Source: Thermodesulfovibrionales bacterium (GTDB lineage Bacteria > Nitrospirota > Thermodesulfovibrionia > Thermodesulfovibrionales > UBA6898). Taken from it: DNA of 64,000 bases. The stretch lies in NCBI GenBank assembly GCA_044450345.1, contig JBIOIY010000003.1, positions 64,001-128,000 of the forward strand, given 5' to 3'. Of this stretch, positions 9,139 to 19,118 are shown one piece after another. A model generated the notes under the pieces. That model saw nothing but the letters and a program-made list of their open reading frames with translations. It ran no database searches and was not told the origin of the DNA. A program made the position numbers and the translations under genes. Positions within the stretch are counted from its first letter, which is position 1. The number at the start of each line of letters is the position of its first letter.

Positions 9139-10970
9139 ATTCCCAGTATCTCTTTCCCCTCTCTGAGGGAATCGAGAAAGGCCATATCGAGGGCTTTTTC
9201 CTCAAAATATTCCTGTTCGAGCGACTCGATGTAGAACCTGTCGAGTCCGCTGTTTTCGAGAAAGTCTTCCCTGAGCAAGGAGTCCACGGCCTGAATGACC
9301 ATCGGGAATATCTGGTTCAGATAGACCGATTCCTTCCTGAGGTCGATAAACACCTTCTCAAAGAGTTTGGCCGGTATCTTATCGCAGATCCCCTTTCCCG
9401 ACAGTTCGGCGGTAATGTCAGCCCTGATCTTCTCCCTCACCTCCTTCAGTTCGAGGCCCGGGAAGAAGCTCCTCATCTTTTCCTTTAACGCAGTATGCGT
9501 TTCATGATAAAGCTTTTCTTCTTCTGTAACGGTTTTAAGTTCGGTAATGACGTCTTTCAGTGAAGATTCGCCTTGTTGGATATTTTCTATACCCTTGTGG
9601 ACGAGCTTTATTTTTCGTCTGCCGTAGCCGGTGATGTACTTGTTCGCAAGAAGTTCCTTGATAAACATCGTCTTGAAGAGATCGGCGTCGAGTTCGTCGA
9701 AGGCCTTCTTGTTTCCTATGAGACTCCTCAAAGATTCATCTTTCAGTTCTATCCTTTTCATAAAGGCCAGCTGGCTGAGGAGGGCCTGGACGTTATCGTA
9801 TCTGTCGAAGTAAGTGATTATCGAACTGAACTCTTCAAATACCCTGAAGTCGTCGGTCTCTCTGGCGAGTTCGTCACATGCCCTGCCTATATCCAGGAGC
9901 ACCTGTTCGAACCCCCTGTCGTTCTGAGAATAAGCCGTATGCTTTGCTCTTACCAGGCGCACAATATCCTCTTTTATAATATGCTGCTTCAGGGACGGGT
10001 CCTTGAAAAAAAGGTTTTCGAGGATCGCCCGTGCATCTTTCAGATAATCCCGTTCTTCTGTTTCCTGGATCTTTTTCCCCTTCAACAGGAGTTCATCGAG
10101 GGTATCGAAGAGGACGACAGGGATATTGTTTCTGATGCTGAGGGTCCTGAGCCTGTTGAGACGGGCATATTCCGAGGCGTGGAGCGTATCGCGCGCCATG
10201 CTTTTTATGAGCACGTCCCTGTATTCGTCGACGACGATCTTGTTTTCGGGGTGGTTGTACATGACGTCGATCTTCATCCTCTCCTGCTGGTACCGGTCGA
10301 TGCGGTTCCTGACAACAATATCCTCGAGGTAGAGTTCCTCCGCCTGGCTGAGTTCCCGGTTTTTGGCATAAAAGCCCCTATAGGCGGTGTAATATTCCTG
10401 GTTCGCCTTGTTCATAAGCTTGAAGATAAAAACGATTGAGTTTTTTTCCCTGAGCTCTGCGCAGAAGTTGCTCAGAAGTTCCGTGTCGTCCGCGCCGGAG
10501 AGGAGGTCTGTTCTTTTAAGGAATTTTCCCACAAACTTCAGGATATGCTGCTGCCGTTTTCTGTAGTCGCCTTCATAATCGGAAGAGACAAGGAAATAGT
10601 AGTTTGCAACCGCGTGCCCCTGGAGGAAAAGTTTGTCGAATGTTTCGAATCCTTCGGTATTATTGGTAAATACGACCTTTTCTTTGTCGTCAAGGAAGGC
10701 ACCGAACATGATAAGCCTGTTCAGGACGTCGCTTTTTTCCATATCCTTTACCGGCTTTTCGACACCGAACATATACTGGCAAAAACTTCCCCCGGTCCCT
10801 TTATACATTATGCTGTCTTCTGAGATGGTGAGCTCGTTGCCCCTCGAGAAAAATCTTATGCGCGAAGGTTCTTCTTCATAGAAGTATGAGTTATAGGTGC
10901 TTGCCCCTGCGGCAAAGGCCAAGAAATCAACCCTTCCGATGCTGCCGTGGAGCCGGAGGTCTCTGATCAT
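9117..10970 (-). CDS. Conserved hypothetical protein (resembles the TIGR04442 family, from recall)
   Basis: 617-aa ORF with MIRDLRLHG start and GTGGSFCQYMFG segment; family assignment needs an HMM check. Confidence 0.7.
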   Translation of the reverse strand: MIRDLRLHGSIGRVDFLAFAAGASTYNSYFYEEEPSRIRFFSRGNELTISEDSIMYKGTGGSFCQYMFGVEKPVKDMEKSDVLNRLIMFGAFLDDKEKVVFTNNTEGFETFDKLFLQGHAVANYYFLVSSDYEGDYRKRQQHILKFVGKFLKRTDLLSGADDTELLSNFCAELREKNSIVFIFKLMNKANQEYYTAYRGFYAKNRELSQAEELYLEDIVVRNRIDRYQQERMKIDVMYNHPENKIVVDEYRDVLIKSMARDTLHASEYARLNRLRTLSIRNNIPVVLFDTLDELLLKGKKIQETEERDYLKDARAILENLFFKDPSLKQHIIKEDIVRLVRAKHTAYSQNDRGFEQVLLDIGRACDELARETDDFRVFEEFSSIITYFDRYDNVQALLSQLAFMKRIELKDESLRSLIGNKKAFDELDADLFKTMFIKELLANKYITGYGRRKIKLVHKGIENIQQGESSLKDVITELKTVTEEEKLYHETHTALKEKMRSFFPGLELKEVREKIRADITAELSGKGICDKIPAKLFEKVFIDLRKESVYLNQIFPMVIQAVDSLLREDFLENSGLDRFYIESLEQEYFEEKALDMAFLDSLREGKEILGIGGGERI

Positions 10971-11108
10971 AGGAAAAATATACCACAGCCTCGGGAAAAT
11001 ATTCTATTTCAGTGTAAGGTGCGAAGCAGAACAGCAAGCCGTCCTTGCGTACGAATTGCCGAAAAAATCCGTTTCATCTATGATAATAGGTAAGGAAATC
11101 AGAGAAGT

Positions 11109-13124
11109 ATGGCTATCGGCGCTGAAACAGACAATCTTTTTCCGGAATGTGTATCTGTCCATTCCCCGGCGGGACTTTGTTCAAAAGTCGCACTCCGAAA
11201 TTTCGGGTGGATCATTCGGTGCGCCCTCTGCGTCGTGCTCTCGTGTTTATTTTTTCCTCCGAATGTGGCGTCAGGCGCGGACGGGAGGGAATATGTCAAG
11301 AACGGCAAATGCGATCTGGATGCCGGCCGGTATGAAGAGGCCGTGAAAAAGCTCACCCTTGCCATAAGGGAGTTTCCCCTCCTCGAGGACTACTCACTTC
11401 TCTATCTGTCGACCGCGTATCACCAGCTTGGCGACCATAAGAAATCGCTGGATGCCGTCCGCACGCTCGTTCAAAAATATCCTCAGTCTCCTCTTGTAAG
11501 AAAGGCAAGGTCTGCCGAGGTGCGGGAGGCCAGAGAAAATCCCGGAGAGAAACTCCTCCAGGTATTTGATTCTTACACGAAAGATTATCCGGAGGATGAA
11601 GAAATGAATCTCGCCTATGGTCTCTTTCTGAAGCAGTCCGGGGACATCGGGCGGGCCAAAGAAGTATTCAAGAAGATATACCTGAGGGCAGGTCTGCTTT
11701 CACAGACCGCATACGCCGAACTGTCGCCCTCAGACCTGAGTGTCCCGGACACGCTGGAAAGGGCGGCAAATCTGATGAAGAGGAACGAGTTCAAGGAGGC
11801 AGAGCGTGAGCTGAGAAGGGCACTTCCGGCCTGTGACGGAATGACCAGGGAAGAGGTCCTCAGGAATATAGGGCTTTCGCTTTTCAGGCAGAAGGAGTAC
11901 ACGGAGGCGGCTGAGATATATGACAAGATAAACGACGTTTTTTTTAAGGCCCGCTCCCTTTATAGAGCGGGAGACAAACGGGGTTTTGTGTCGGCCCTCA
12001 AAGAGCTTATGGGAAAAAATGACAAGAGGGCAGGCGGCCTGCTGATCGCCTTTGCGGGGGATAAGCGGAGGGAAGGTGATTTCGAAGGGGCTCTGAATAT
12101 CTATGATGACGTTCTGTCCAGGTATCCTTCAGATGCCGAAGAAGCGATGTGGGGAATCGGCTGGACCCATTACGTCGCTGCGGACTACAGAAAGGCGGCC
12201 GGCGTTTTTTTGAAACTGTACGCGAAGTACGAAGACCCGAAATATCTTTACTGGCAGGCCAGAAGCAGCGAGGCGTCGGGCGAAGACGCAAAGGCACTGT
12301 ATGGCGCACTCGCTAAGCATGAGAACAACTTCTACATGGTCCTTTCCGCCGCCCGGGGTAAAATAAGGGCCGGGGACTATTTGTCGGGGAACATTCCGGA
12401 TGACAGCGAGGCCGGTGAACAACGTCAGTTCGAGCGTGCAGACGTGCTTCTTTCTTTGAACATGACCGGGGAGGCGAATGCCGAACTGCAATGGATAGCG
12501 AGAAAGATCGAAACGCCCCTTGCCCTGGTGGCTGCGGCATCAAGGTTCCAGAAGATCGGGGACTATAAACGCTCCGTAACCCTCGCTGCAAAGATGCCCT
12601 ACTCCGATAAACTGCACAGGTTCTGGTACCCCATGGCCTTCTGGGACGACGTTGAAAAAACATCGAAAAAACATGATATCGACCCGATGATCGCGCTGTC
12701 GGTGATGAGAGAAGAAAGCCGCTTTGATCCCGATGCCAGGTCTGTGGCCGGTGCGCGGGGGCTGATGCAGTTGATGCCCCACACCGCATACAGACTCGAC
12801 AAAAGCGTCGGGCTGGGTATCAGAAAGGACTCTCAGATAAACGACGCGAGAAACAATATCCATCTAGGAGTCTATTACTTGAAGTCTCTCTTCAAGGAAT
12901 TCAAGTCTCTGCCCTATGTCCTTGCCGCATATAACGCAGGAGAGGTCATCGTGAAGAAGTGGGAACAACAAAGCAACCACAAGGCCGCCGATGAGTTCAT
13001 CGAGGACATTCCCTATGCCGAAACGAGAAACTACGTCAAGAAGGTCATGACCTCTTATTTTCAGTATAAGAGGTCTTCTGTGTCGGAATCCATTTCTGCG
13101 AGCCTCCCGTTCGGCAATCTCTGA
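11109..13124 (+). CDS. slt: Soluble lytic murein transglycosylase with TPR repeats
   Basis: MREESRF, GARGLMQLMP, AAYNAG, IPYAETRNYVKKV; start uncertain. Confidence 0.9.
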   Translation: MAIGAETDNLFPECVSVHSPAGLCSKVALRNFGWIIRCALCVVLSCLFFPPNVASGADGREYVKNGKCDLDAGRYEEAVKKLTLAIREFPLLEDYSLLYLSTAYHQLGDHKKSLDAVRTLVQKYPQSPLVRKARSAEVREARENPGEKLLQVFDSYTKDYPEDEEMNLAYGLFLKQSGDIGRAKEVFKKIYLRAGLLSQTAYAELSPSDLSVPDTLERAANLMKRNEFKEAERELRRALPACDGMTREEVLRNIGLSLFRQKEYTEAAEIYDKINDVFFKARSLYRAGDKRGFVSALKELMGKNDKRAGGLLIAFAGDKRREGDFEGALNIYDDVLSRYPSDAEEAMWGIGWTHYVAADYRKAAGVFLKLYAKYEDPKYLYWQARSSEASGEDAKALYGALAKHENNFYMVLSAARGKIRAGDYLSGNIPDDSEAGEQRQFERADVLLSLNMTGEANAELQWIARKIETPLALVAAASRFQKIGDYKRSVTLAAKMPYSDKLHRFWYPMAFWDDVEKTSKKHDIDPMIALSVMREESRFDPDARSVAGARGLMQLMPHTAYRLDKSVGLGIRKDSQINDARNNIHLGVYYLKSLFKEFKSLPYVLAAYNAGEVIVKKWEQQSNHKAADEFIEDIPYAETRNYVKKVMTSYFQYKRSSVSESISASLPFGNL

Positions 13125-13373
13125 GCGGTTGTCTCTTTGACTTTGCGGTCCGGCCTCCCGCGTCAGCCGTGCAAGAAAGTACGGAACGCCGAACCTGAAA
13201 ACGGGCATTTTGGCCGCCGGGTGCTTGACACCCTCCTTAATCCCTGATACAAGGTAAGAAAATGCGTCGTACCGGCCTATCATGTGAGAGGTAATTGATA
13301 TTTTTCTTTGCAACGTTCATTTTATTTTTTGTATCCTAAATTGTCATCTTGCAAAAATAAGGAGGCGAGTCTC

Positions 13374-14630
13374 ATGGATATAAAGGAATTTGTTCTGTCT
13401 AAGGCGAAAGAGGCGAAAGAAGGCGCCCGCTCTCTAGGGAAGGCGTCATCAAAGCAGAAGAACCTCGCTCTCATTAAGATGGCCGAAGCGCTCAAGAAAA
13501 GGGCGAAGGAACTGAAAAAAGAGAACGCCAAGGATGTAGCCTTTGCCCAGAAGAAGGGTCTATCTAAGGCCATGATCGACAGGCTTACCCTCAACGACAA
13601 GCGTATAAACGAGATGGCCCAGGGGCTTCTAGAAGTCGCGGCCCTGCCCGATCCGGTCGGCGAGGTGGTTAAGATGTGGCAGCGGCCTAACGGCATGACA
13701 GTAGGCAAGATGCGGGTCCCGATCGGCTTGATAGGCATAATCTATGAATCAAGGCCCAACGTTACGGCCGACGCGACGAGCCTCTGTCTTAAGGCGGGTA
13801 ATGCGGTCATACTGCGCGGCGGATCAGAGGCTATCCACTCCAACAGGGCGATCGTAAAGATATTGCGCGATGCAGCAAAAAAAGAAGGGCTGCACGAGGG
13901 TGCTGTGACATTCATTGACATCCCCGACAGGGAAGCAGTTATGGAGATGCTTAAGTTGGAGGGGATAGTGGACCTCATTATCCCCCGCGGCGGAGAGGGG
14001 CTCATAAGGGCGGTGACGGAGAATTCGCGTATTCCTGTTCTCAAGCACTACAAAGGCGTCTGCCATGTCTTTGTCGACAGGGATGCAGACCTTCAGATGG
14101 CCCAGGAAATATGTTTCAATGCTAAGGTCCAGAGGCCCGGCACCTGCAATGCGATGGAGACGATGCTGGTCGACAAGAAAGTTGCTAAGAACTTTCTCCC
14201 TGACATGGCGGCGAGGTTCAGGAAGGCGGGGGTCGTCCTGAAAGGATGTCCCGAGACAACAAAGGTCCTGCCGAACATCGATAGCGTGAAAGAGGAAGAG
14301 TATTACAATGAGTATCTCGATCTTGTCCTCAATGTGAGGGTCGTGAAGGATATAGATGAGGCGATGGAGCATATCGCCAAGTACAGTTCTGCCCATTCCG
14401 ACTCAATAGTCACCAAGGATTATGCGAAGGGCATGCGGTTCCTGCGCGAAGTAGATTCGTCCGCGGTGTTCGTGAACGCCTCGACACGCCTCAACGATGG
14501 ATATCAGTTCGGCCTCGGCGCCGAGATAGGTATTTCGACCGACAAGATCCATGCAAGGGGACCCATGGGGCTTGAGGAACTTACCTGCACAAAGTTTATC
14601 GTGCTTGGGAACGGCCAGATCAGAGAGTAA
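13374..14630 (+). CDS. proA: Gamma-glutamyl phosphate reductase
   Basis: IIYESRPNVT, GTCNAME, GAEIGISTDKIHARGPMGL; ATG 13374 with AAGGAGG RBS. Confidence 0.97.
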   Translation: MDIKEFVLSKAKEAKEGARSLGKASSKQKNLALIKMAEALKKRAKELKKENAKDVAFAQKKGLSKAMIDRLTLNDKRINEMAQGLLEVAALPDPVGEVVKMWQRPNGMTVGKMRVPIGLIGIIYESRPNVTADATSLCLKAGNAVILRGGSEAIHSNRAIVKILRDAAKKEGLHEGAVTFIDIPDREAVMEMLKLEGIVDLIIPRGGEGLIRAVTENSRIPVLKHYKGVCHVFVDRDADLQMAQEICFNAKVQRPGTCNAMETMLVDKKVAKNFLPDMAARFRKAGVVLKGCPETTKVLPNIDSVKEEEYYNEYLDLVLNVRVVKDIDEAMEHIAKYSSAHSDSIVTKDYAKGMRFLREVDSSAVFVNASTRLNDGYQFGLGAEIGISTDKIHARGPMGLEELTCTKFIVLGNGQIRE

Positions 14631-14634
14631 CGGA

Positions 14635-15300
14635 TTGTCAAAAATCGGCGTTTTCGGCGGTACGTTTAATCCTATCCATTACGGACATCTGAGGGCAGCG
14701 GAAGAGGTGAGGGAGATGCTGGGCTTCGAGAGAGTTCTGTTTGTCCCTTCAGGGAACCCTCCGCTTAAGACCGGCCACCTTGCAGATGCATTGAAGAGAT
14801 ACGAGATGGTGAGGCTTGCGACTGCGGGGAACAGGTCCTTCGATGTGCTCGATATAGAGAGCGTGAAACCTGCGAAGTCTTATACTGTGGAAACCCTTGA
14901 GGTTCTTGTAAATCGTTACTCCGGCTCAGAACTATACTTTATGCTCGGCATGGACGCTTTTTTGGATATACCCGGATGGTGGATGCCCGAGAAGCTCGTT
15001 TCGATGGTCAATTTCGCCGTGATCTCAAGACCCGGCCGCAAATTTGAGGACCTTCTTTCATCGCCCCATCTGGATGTCGAGCGGGGTGATCTAAAGGTGC
15101 TTGACGACAGCGACGGAGAATGTAAGATTTTTAGATTGAAGTCGCTCAAAGAAGCGGCCCTGGTGAAGATTACCCCCATCGATATTTCTTCCTCAGACAT
15201 AAGAAGGCGGATGCAGGCTGGGCAGAGCGTAAAATATCTATTGCCAGAGAGTGTCGAATCATTTATAATTTCTAATAAGTTGTATTCACCTGTTAGATGA
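14635..15300 (+). CDS. nadD: Nicotinate-nucleotide adenylyltransferase
   Basis: GGTFNPIHYGH and ISSSDIR motifs; probable TTG start at 14635. Confidence 0.93.
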   Translation: MSKIGVFGGTFNPIHYGHLRAAEEVREMLGFERVLFVPSGNPPLKTGHLADALKRYEMVRLATAGNRSFDVLDIESVKPAKSYTVETLEVLVNRYSGSELYFMLGMDAFLDIPGWWMPEKLVSMVNFAVISRPGRKFEDLLSSPHLDVERGDLKVLDDSDGECKIFRLKSLKEAALVKITPIDISSSDIRRRMQAGQSVKYLLPESVESFIISNKLYSPVR

Positions 15301-15334
15301 AAACGGGAATCGAAGCGAAAGGAAGGGAAGACCT

Positions 15335-15724
15335 TTAAAAAGTAGAGAATTAGCCACCAAGGCAGCAGAAGCGGCCTTGAAAAAGAAGGCCTCTGATCTG
15401 GTTGTCCTTGATCTTGCCGGTCTCACCATCATTGCCGATTATTTCGTGATCTGCTCCGGGGAAAGCACCACTCAGGTAAAAGCCATTGCCGATTTTATCG
15501 AACATGAATTTTCGGGCAAGGGAATGAGGCTTTTAGGTGTAGAGGGGCTCGATTACGGCCACTGGGTCCTCCTTGATTACGGCGACGTTATCGTTCACGT
15601 TTTTGAAAAGGAAACAAGGGCCTATTACGAGCTCGAGAAGCTCTGGATGGATGCCGAGACCGTGGAGATAGATGAAGATAAAGCTGGTGTGGGTGGGAAA
15701 GACAAAAGAGCGGTCCATCGATGA
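15335..15724 (+). CDS. rsfS: Ribosomal silencing factor
   Basis: KKA..DL..IADYFVICSG, WVLLDYGDVIVHVF, YYELEKLW; homology extends upstream of the first TTG (15377), so the start is uncertain. Confidence 0.9.
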   Translation, partial: LKSRELATKAAEAALKKKASDLVVLDLAGLTIIADYFVICSGESTTQVKAIADFIEHEFSGKGMRLLGVEGLDYGHWVLLDYGDVIVHVFEKETRAYYELEKLWMDAETVEIDEDKAGVGGKDKRAVHR

Positions 15725-16112
15725 AGGGGTTAAGAAGTATTTAAGGCTGCTTAGGCCCTTCGGGGATGTCAGCGTTGTCGAGATCAAAGAAGAAAAGGGA
15801 AAGGATATTCACCGGATGGTCGAAAAAGAGGGTGAGAGGATAGTAAAGCTGCCTGCCCCGTTCATCCTTCTCGATGAAAGGGGGAAAGGCTACACTTCTC
15901 CCGAATTTGCGGAGTTTCTGTCCCGCCGCTCTTCAACGCCCACTTTTGTAATCGGCGGTGCTTACGGCGTCTCTGAAAGTGTCCGCGATGCGGCCGAATG
16001 CAAGATGGCGCTCTCGAAGATGACCCTTACCCATGAGATGGCGAGGCTGGTCCTTGTCGAGCAGATTTACAGGGCATTCACGATAATGCACAAAAGGGGA
16101 TACCATCACTGA
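15672..16112 (+). CDS. rlmH: 23S rRNA m3Psi1915 methyltransferase
   Basis: MKIKLVWVGK, FVIGGAYG, LSKMTLTHEMARLVLVEQIYRA..YHH. Confidence 0.95.
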   Translation: MKIKLVWVGKTKERSIDEGVKKYLRLLRPFGDVSVVEIKEEKGKDIHRMVEKEGERIVKLPAPFILLDERGKGYTSPEFAEFLSRRSSTPTFVIGGAYGVSESVRDAAECKMALSKMTLTHEMARLVLVEQIYRAFTIMHKRGYHH

Positions 16113-17452
16113 TGGGTAAGACCACGGTAATCATTTTTCTTCTCTTCCTTTTAGGCATTAGCGCCTTTGGGTATTTCAATCAGGAACTCGTCACAATCAA
16201 GATCCCTGCAGGGGAAAGCTACGAAGTCTCAAAGTTTATTCTCGTTCTTCTTTCGATCGCTATCGGGGTGTTCATCACTTTTATCTTCTTCGCCATCAGG
16301 GACACCAAAAAATTTATCGGTAACTGGCAGTATCAAAAAAGGCAGAAGCAGGACGCAAAGGTACAGGGGCTCTATTCCAAGGCGGTCAACGCCATCCTCG
16401 CGCACAACGAGGATGCGGCAAGAGAGGCGCTGGAGGGCATCCTCGCGGAGGAGCCGGACCATGTGGACGCACTCCTTAGGCTGGGGGACACCTATGCAGC
16501 AGAGGAGGATTTCCAGAAGGCAAACATTTCCTATCAAAAGGCCAGGATGATCGATCCCCGGAATCTTGAGACCCTTTTTGCTATGGAAAATGCGCTCGAA
16601 AAGACCGGCAGGTGGGCGGATGCGCTTAAGTATATCGAAGATATCCTGGAGATCGATGAGGACAATCTTACAGCCATGTACAGGAAGCGGGATATACTTG
16701 AAAAGCAGGGGAGATGGGACGACCTTGTCTACCTGCAGAAGTCGATCCTTAAGAACGAACATAATGAAAAAGACAAAAAACGCGAGCACCAAAACCTTAT
16801 AGGATACGAATATGAATACGGCAGGCATAGCCTCGAAAACAACCAGCTGGAAAAGGCGAAGAAGGCGTGTAAAACTGTCCTCCGGATCGACAAGGACTTT
16901 GTCCCTGCTACGCTCGGGCTTGCGGAAGTGATGCTCAGGGAAGGAGAAAGCGAGGAAGCGGTCAACCTCCTCGAAAAGTCATACGAGAACAACTCTTCGA
17001 AGATCGTTCTGGCAAGGCTTGAGGATTTGCTGATAACCATTGGAGAGCCGGCGAGGCTTATCACTATATACAAAGAGGGCATAACAAGGAACCCGAACGA
17101 CCCGGTTACGAGATTCTTCCTTGGCAAACTGTATTACAGGCTCGAGATGATCGACGACGCATTTGAGACCCTGTCAGGAATGGATACATTAGGGGTAGCC
17201 TATCCGGAGCTTCATCAGTTGCTGGGCAATATCTATTTGAGGAGAAACCTTCCTGAAAAGGCCGCAAGCGAATACAAAAAGGTGATCGATGTAAGAAAGC
17301 CTTTGAGGCTTCCGTACTGCTGCGGAAAGTGCGGGTCCAGTTCGGACGAGTGGTCAGGCCGGTGCCCCAAGTGCAGGCAGTGGGACACGTTTCAATTTAA
17401 CCTCGAAGGCGCATGTTCACCTGCTCAGGCGGGTCTCGCGGTCGGCAGGTGA
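16112..17452 (+). CDS. LapB-like TPR protein with N-terminal LapA-like membrane domain and C-terminal rubredoxin-type Cys motif
   Basis: Two N-terminal TM segments, TPR repeats, CGKCG..W..RCPKCRQWDT. Confidence 0.78.
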   Translation: MGKTTVIIFLLFLLGISAFGYFNQELVTIKIPAGESYEVSKFILVLLSIAIGVFITFIFFAIRDTKKFIGNWQYQKRQKQDAKVQGLYSKAVNAILAHNEDAAREALEGILAEEPDHVDALLRLGDTYAAEEDFQKANISYQKARMIDPRNLETLFAMENALEKTGRWADALKYIEDILEIDEDNLTAMYRKRDILEKQGRWDDLVYLQKSILKNEHNEKDKKREHQNLIGYEYEYGRHSLENNQLEKAKKACKTVLRIDKDFVPATLGLAEVMLREGESEEAVNLLEKSYENNSSKIVLARLEDLLITIGEPARLITIYKEGITRNPNDPVTRFFLGKLYYRLEMIDDAFETLSGMDTLGVAYPELHQLLGNIYLRRNLPEKAASEYKKVIDVRKPLRLPYCCGKCGSSSDEWSGRCPKCRQWDTFQFNLEGACSPAQAGLAVGR

Positions 17453-18210
17453 AGGCTCTTGCGCTGAGGAGTCTTGTCTCCTTTCTTGATTCAGAACTTG
17501 GCCTTTCAGAATTTCCCAAAGATGAGAGCATAAACGGTCTTCAGGTAGAGGGAAAAGAGCGGGTCGCCGGAATCGGCGTCGCGGTCGATGCGTGCGAATA
17601 TGTTTTCAGGGAGGCCGCCGCAAAGGGCATCGATTTTCTCCTGGTGCACCACGGGCTTATCTGGGGCGGAATCAGATCGATCAGAGGGGCCGCACGGAAA
17701 CGGATAAAGGCCCTCCTCGATGCCGGCATTTCCCTCTATGCCTGCCACCTTCCTCTCGATTGGCATCCGAAGTATGGAAATAACGCAGAGCTCCTCAGGG
17801 TACTTTCCATCAAGAAAACGGGTGAGTTCGGCGAATACCACGGAAAAAGGATCGGCTACCGGGGAAATGCCGGCAGGCCCATGTCCATGGACGAATTCGT
17901 AAAACGTGTGGATAAGACCCTCAAGACACGGTCGTCTTACGTGGATTTCGGGAAAAAGGTCCATAATGTCGGTGTCGTATCTGGTGGCGGCTGGTCAGCG
18001 ATTCATGACGCCGAAGAATTAGGCATCGATACCTTTCTTACCGGGGAGCCGTCCCACTCTGCGTATACACTTGCGGAGGAGATGAAGGTCAACCTTATAT
18101 TCGCGGGGCATTACGCTACCGAAACCGCGGGTGTGAAGGCTGTCGGGAAGATGCTTTCAAAAAAATATAGCGTTCCAGTCGATTTCATAGACCACCCGAC
18201 GGGGCTTTAA
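17449..18210 (+). CDS. Nif3-like dinuclear metal center protein (YbgI family)
   Basis: NGLQVEG, LLVHHG, HLPLDWHP, AGHYATE; GTG start overlapping the upstream stop. Confidence 0.92.
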   Translation: MKALALRSLVSFLDSELGLSEFPKDESINGLQVEGKERVAGIGVAVDACEYVFREAAAKGIDFLLVHHGLIWGGIRSIRGAARKRIKALLDAGISLYACHLPLDWHPKYGNNAELLRVLSIKKTGEFGEYHGKRIGYRGNAGRPMSMDEFVKRVDKTLKTRSSYVDFGKKVHNVGVVSGGGWSAIHDAEELGIDTFLTGEPSHSAYTLAEEMKVNLIFAGHYATETAGVKAVGKMLSKKYSVPVDFIDHPTGL

Positions 18211-18212
18211 GA

Positions 18213-18297
18213 AGCTGTCAGCGATCAGCTCGGATTATTCAAGAATACAAGAGGAGGGCATATCCATCTTTTTGCTGATAGCTGAAAGCTGAGAGCT
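18213..18297. repeat. Inverted heptamer tandem repeats between convergent genes
   Basis: AGCTGTC-AGCGATC-AGC facing GCTGATA-GCTGAAA-GCTGAGA-GCT. Confidence 0.65.
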
Positions 18298-18302
18298 TTT
18301 TG

Positions 18303-19118
18303 CTATCTGTCGGCGATACCCTGAAAGACCTGCTTCATGATTCTAAGGATTTCGGGCTGAATGCTCTTATTCCCGGCGACAATATTTCCTGTCGAAAGAT
18401 AATCCTCCCCCCCGCCGAAGTCGGTGATGAGCCCTCCGCCTTCAGTGATGAGAATGCTTCCTGCCGCAACATCCCACGGACTCAGGGCAAGCTCGAAGAA
18501 TCCCTCGAACCTACCGGCAGCGATATAGGCCAGGTCAATCGCTGCCGAGCCTGCGCGGCGTAGATCGCTCACTTCGCGGAAGATTTCCTTGAATGCCCGG
18601 AGGTAATGATCGATCATCTCTTTCGCCCTGAAGGGGAAGCCGGTTGCGATAAGACTCTTATCGAGAGAAGCGACACCCGATACAATGATCTTCTTGTTGT
18701 TCAAAAAAGAGCCGCCGCCTTTCACCGTATGAAAGAGTTCGTCCCTCACGGGATCGAAGACGACGCCTAAAACGACCTCACTTTTATACTGAAGTGCAAT
18801 AGATACCGAAAACATCGGGTAGCTGTGTATGTAATTCGTTGTGCCGTCGAGCGGGTCTATGATCCAGCGGTAATCCCCGGTGTCTTCCTGTTTCAGCGTC
18901 TCTTCTGAAAGAAATAAGTGCGATGGGAATTTCTCGCGGATCGTCTGCATTATCACCGCTTCGGACCACCTGTCCACCTTTGTGACGAAGTCGAATGCCT
19001 GCTTTGTCTGTATATCTTCCTTTGACAGATGCCCGAGGTTTTTGATAATAATGTCGCCTGCAAGTCTTGCTGCAGAGACAGCAGTTTTCAGAAATCCCAT
19101 CGAGAGATCATCGTTCAT
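18303..19118 (-). CDS. suhB: Inositol monophosphatase
   Basis: WIIDPLDGTTNY, RRAGSAA, WDVAAG. Confidence 0.92.
   Translation of the reverse strand: MNDDLSMGFLKTAVSAARLAGDIIIKNLGHLSKEDIQTKQAFDFVTKVDRWSEAVIMQTIREKFPSHLFLSEETLKQEDTGDYRWIIDPLDGTTNYIHSYPMFSVSIALQYKSEVVLGVVFDPVRDELFHTVKGGGSFLNNKKIIVSGVASLDKSLIATGFPFRAKEMIDHYLRAFKEIFREVSDLRRAGSAAIDLAYIAAGRFEGFFELALSPWDVAAGSILITEGGGLITDFGGGEDYLSTGNIVAGNKSIQPEILRIMKQVFQGIADR

Noticed and set aside
9573..10439. Long antisense ORFs (this 288-aa ORF, and others opposite tig, infB, pilQ and the phosphoesterase)
   Set aside because: They are shadows of well-supported genes on the other strand, with no motifs or RBS.
13255..13370. Possible riboswitch in the proA leader (also the hppA and phosphoesterase leaders)
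   Set aside because: No recognisable aptamer consensus or terminator/antiterminator pair; an Rfam scan would be needed.
15321..15345. prfB-like +1 frameshift at CTT-TAA
   Set aside because: The +1 frame hits TAG after two codons; rsfS lies in the -1 frame.
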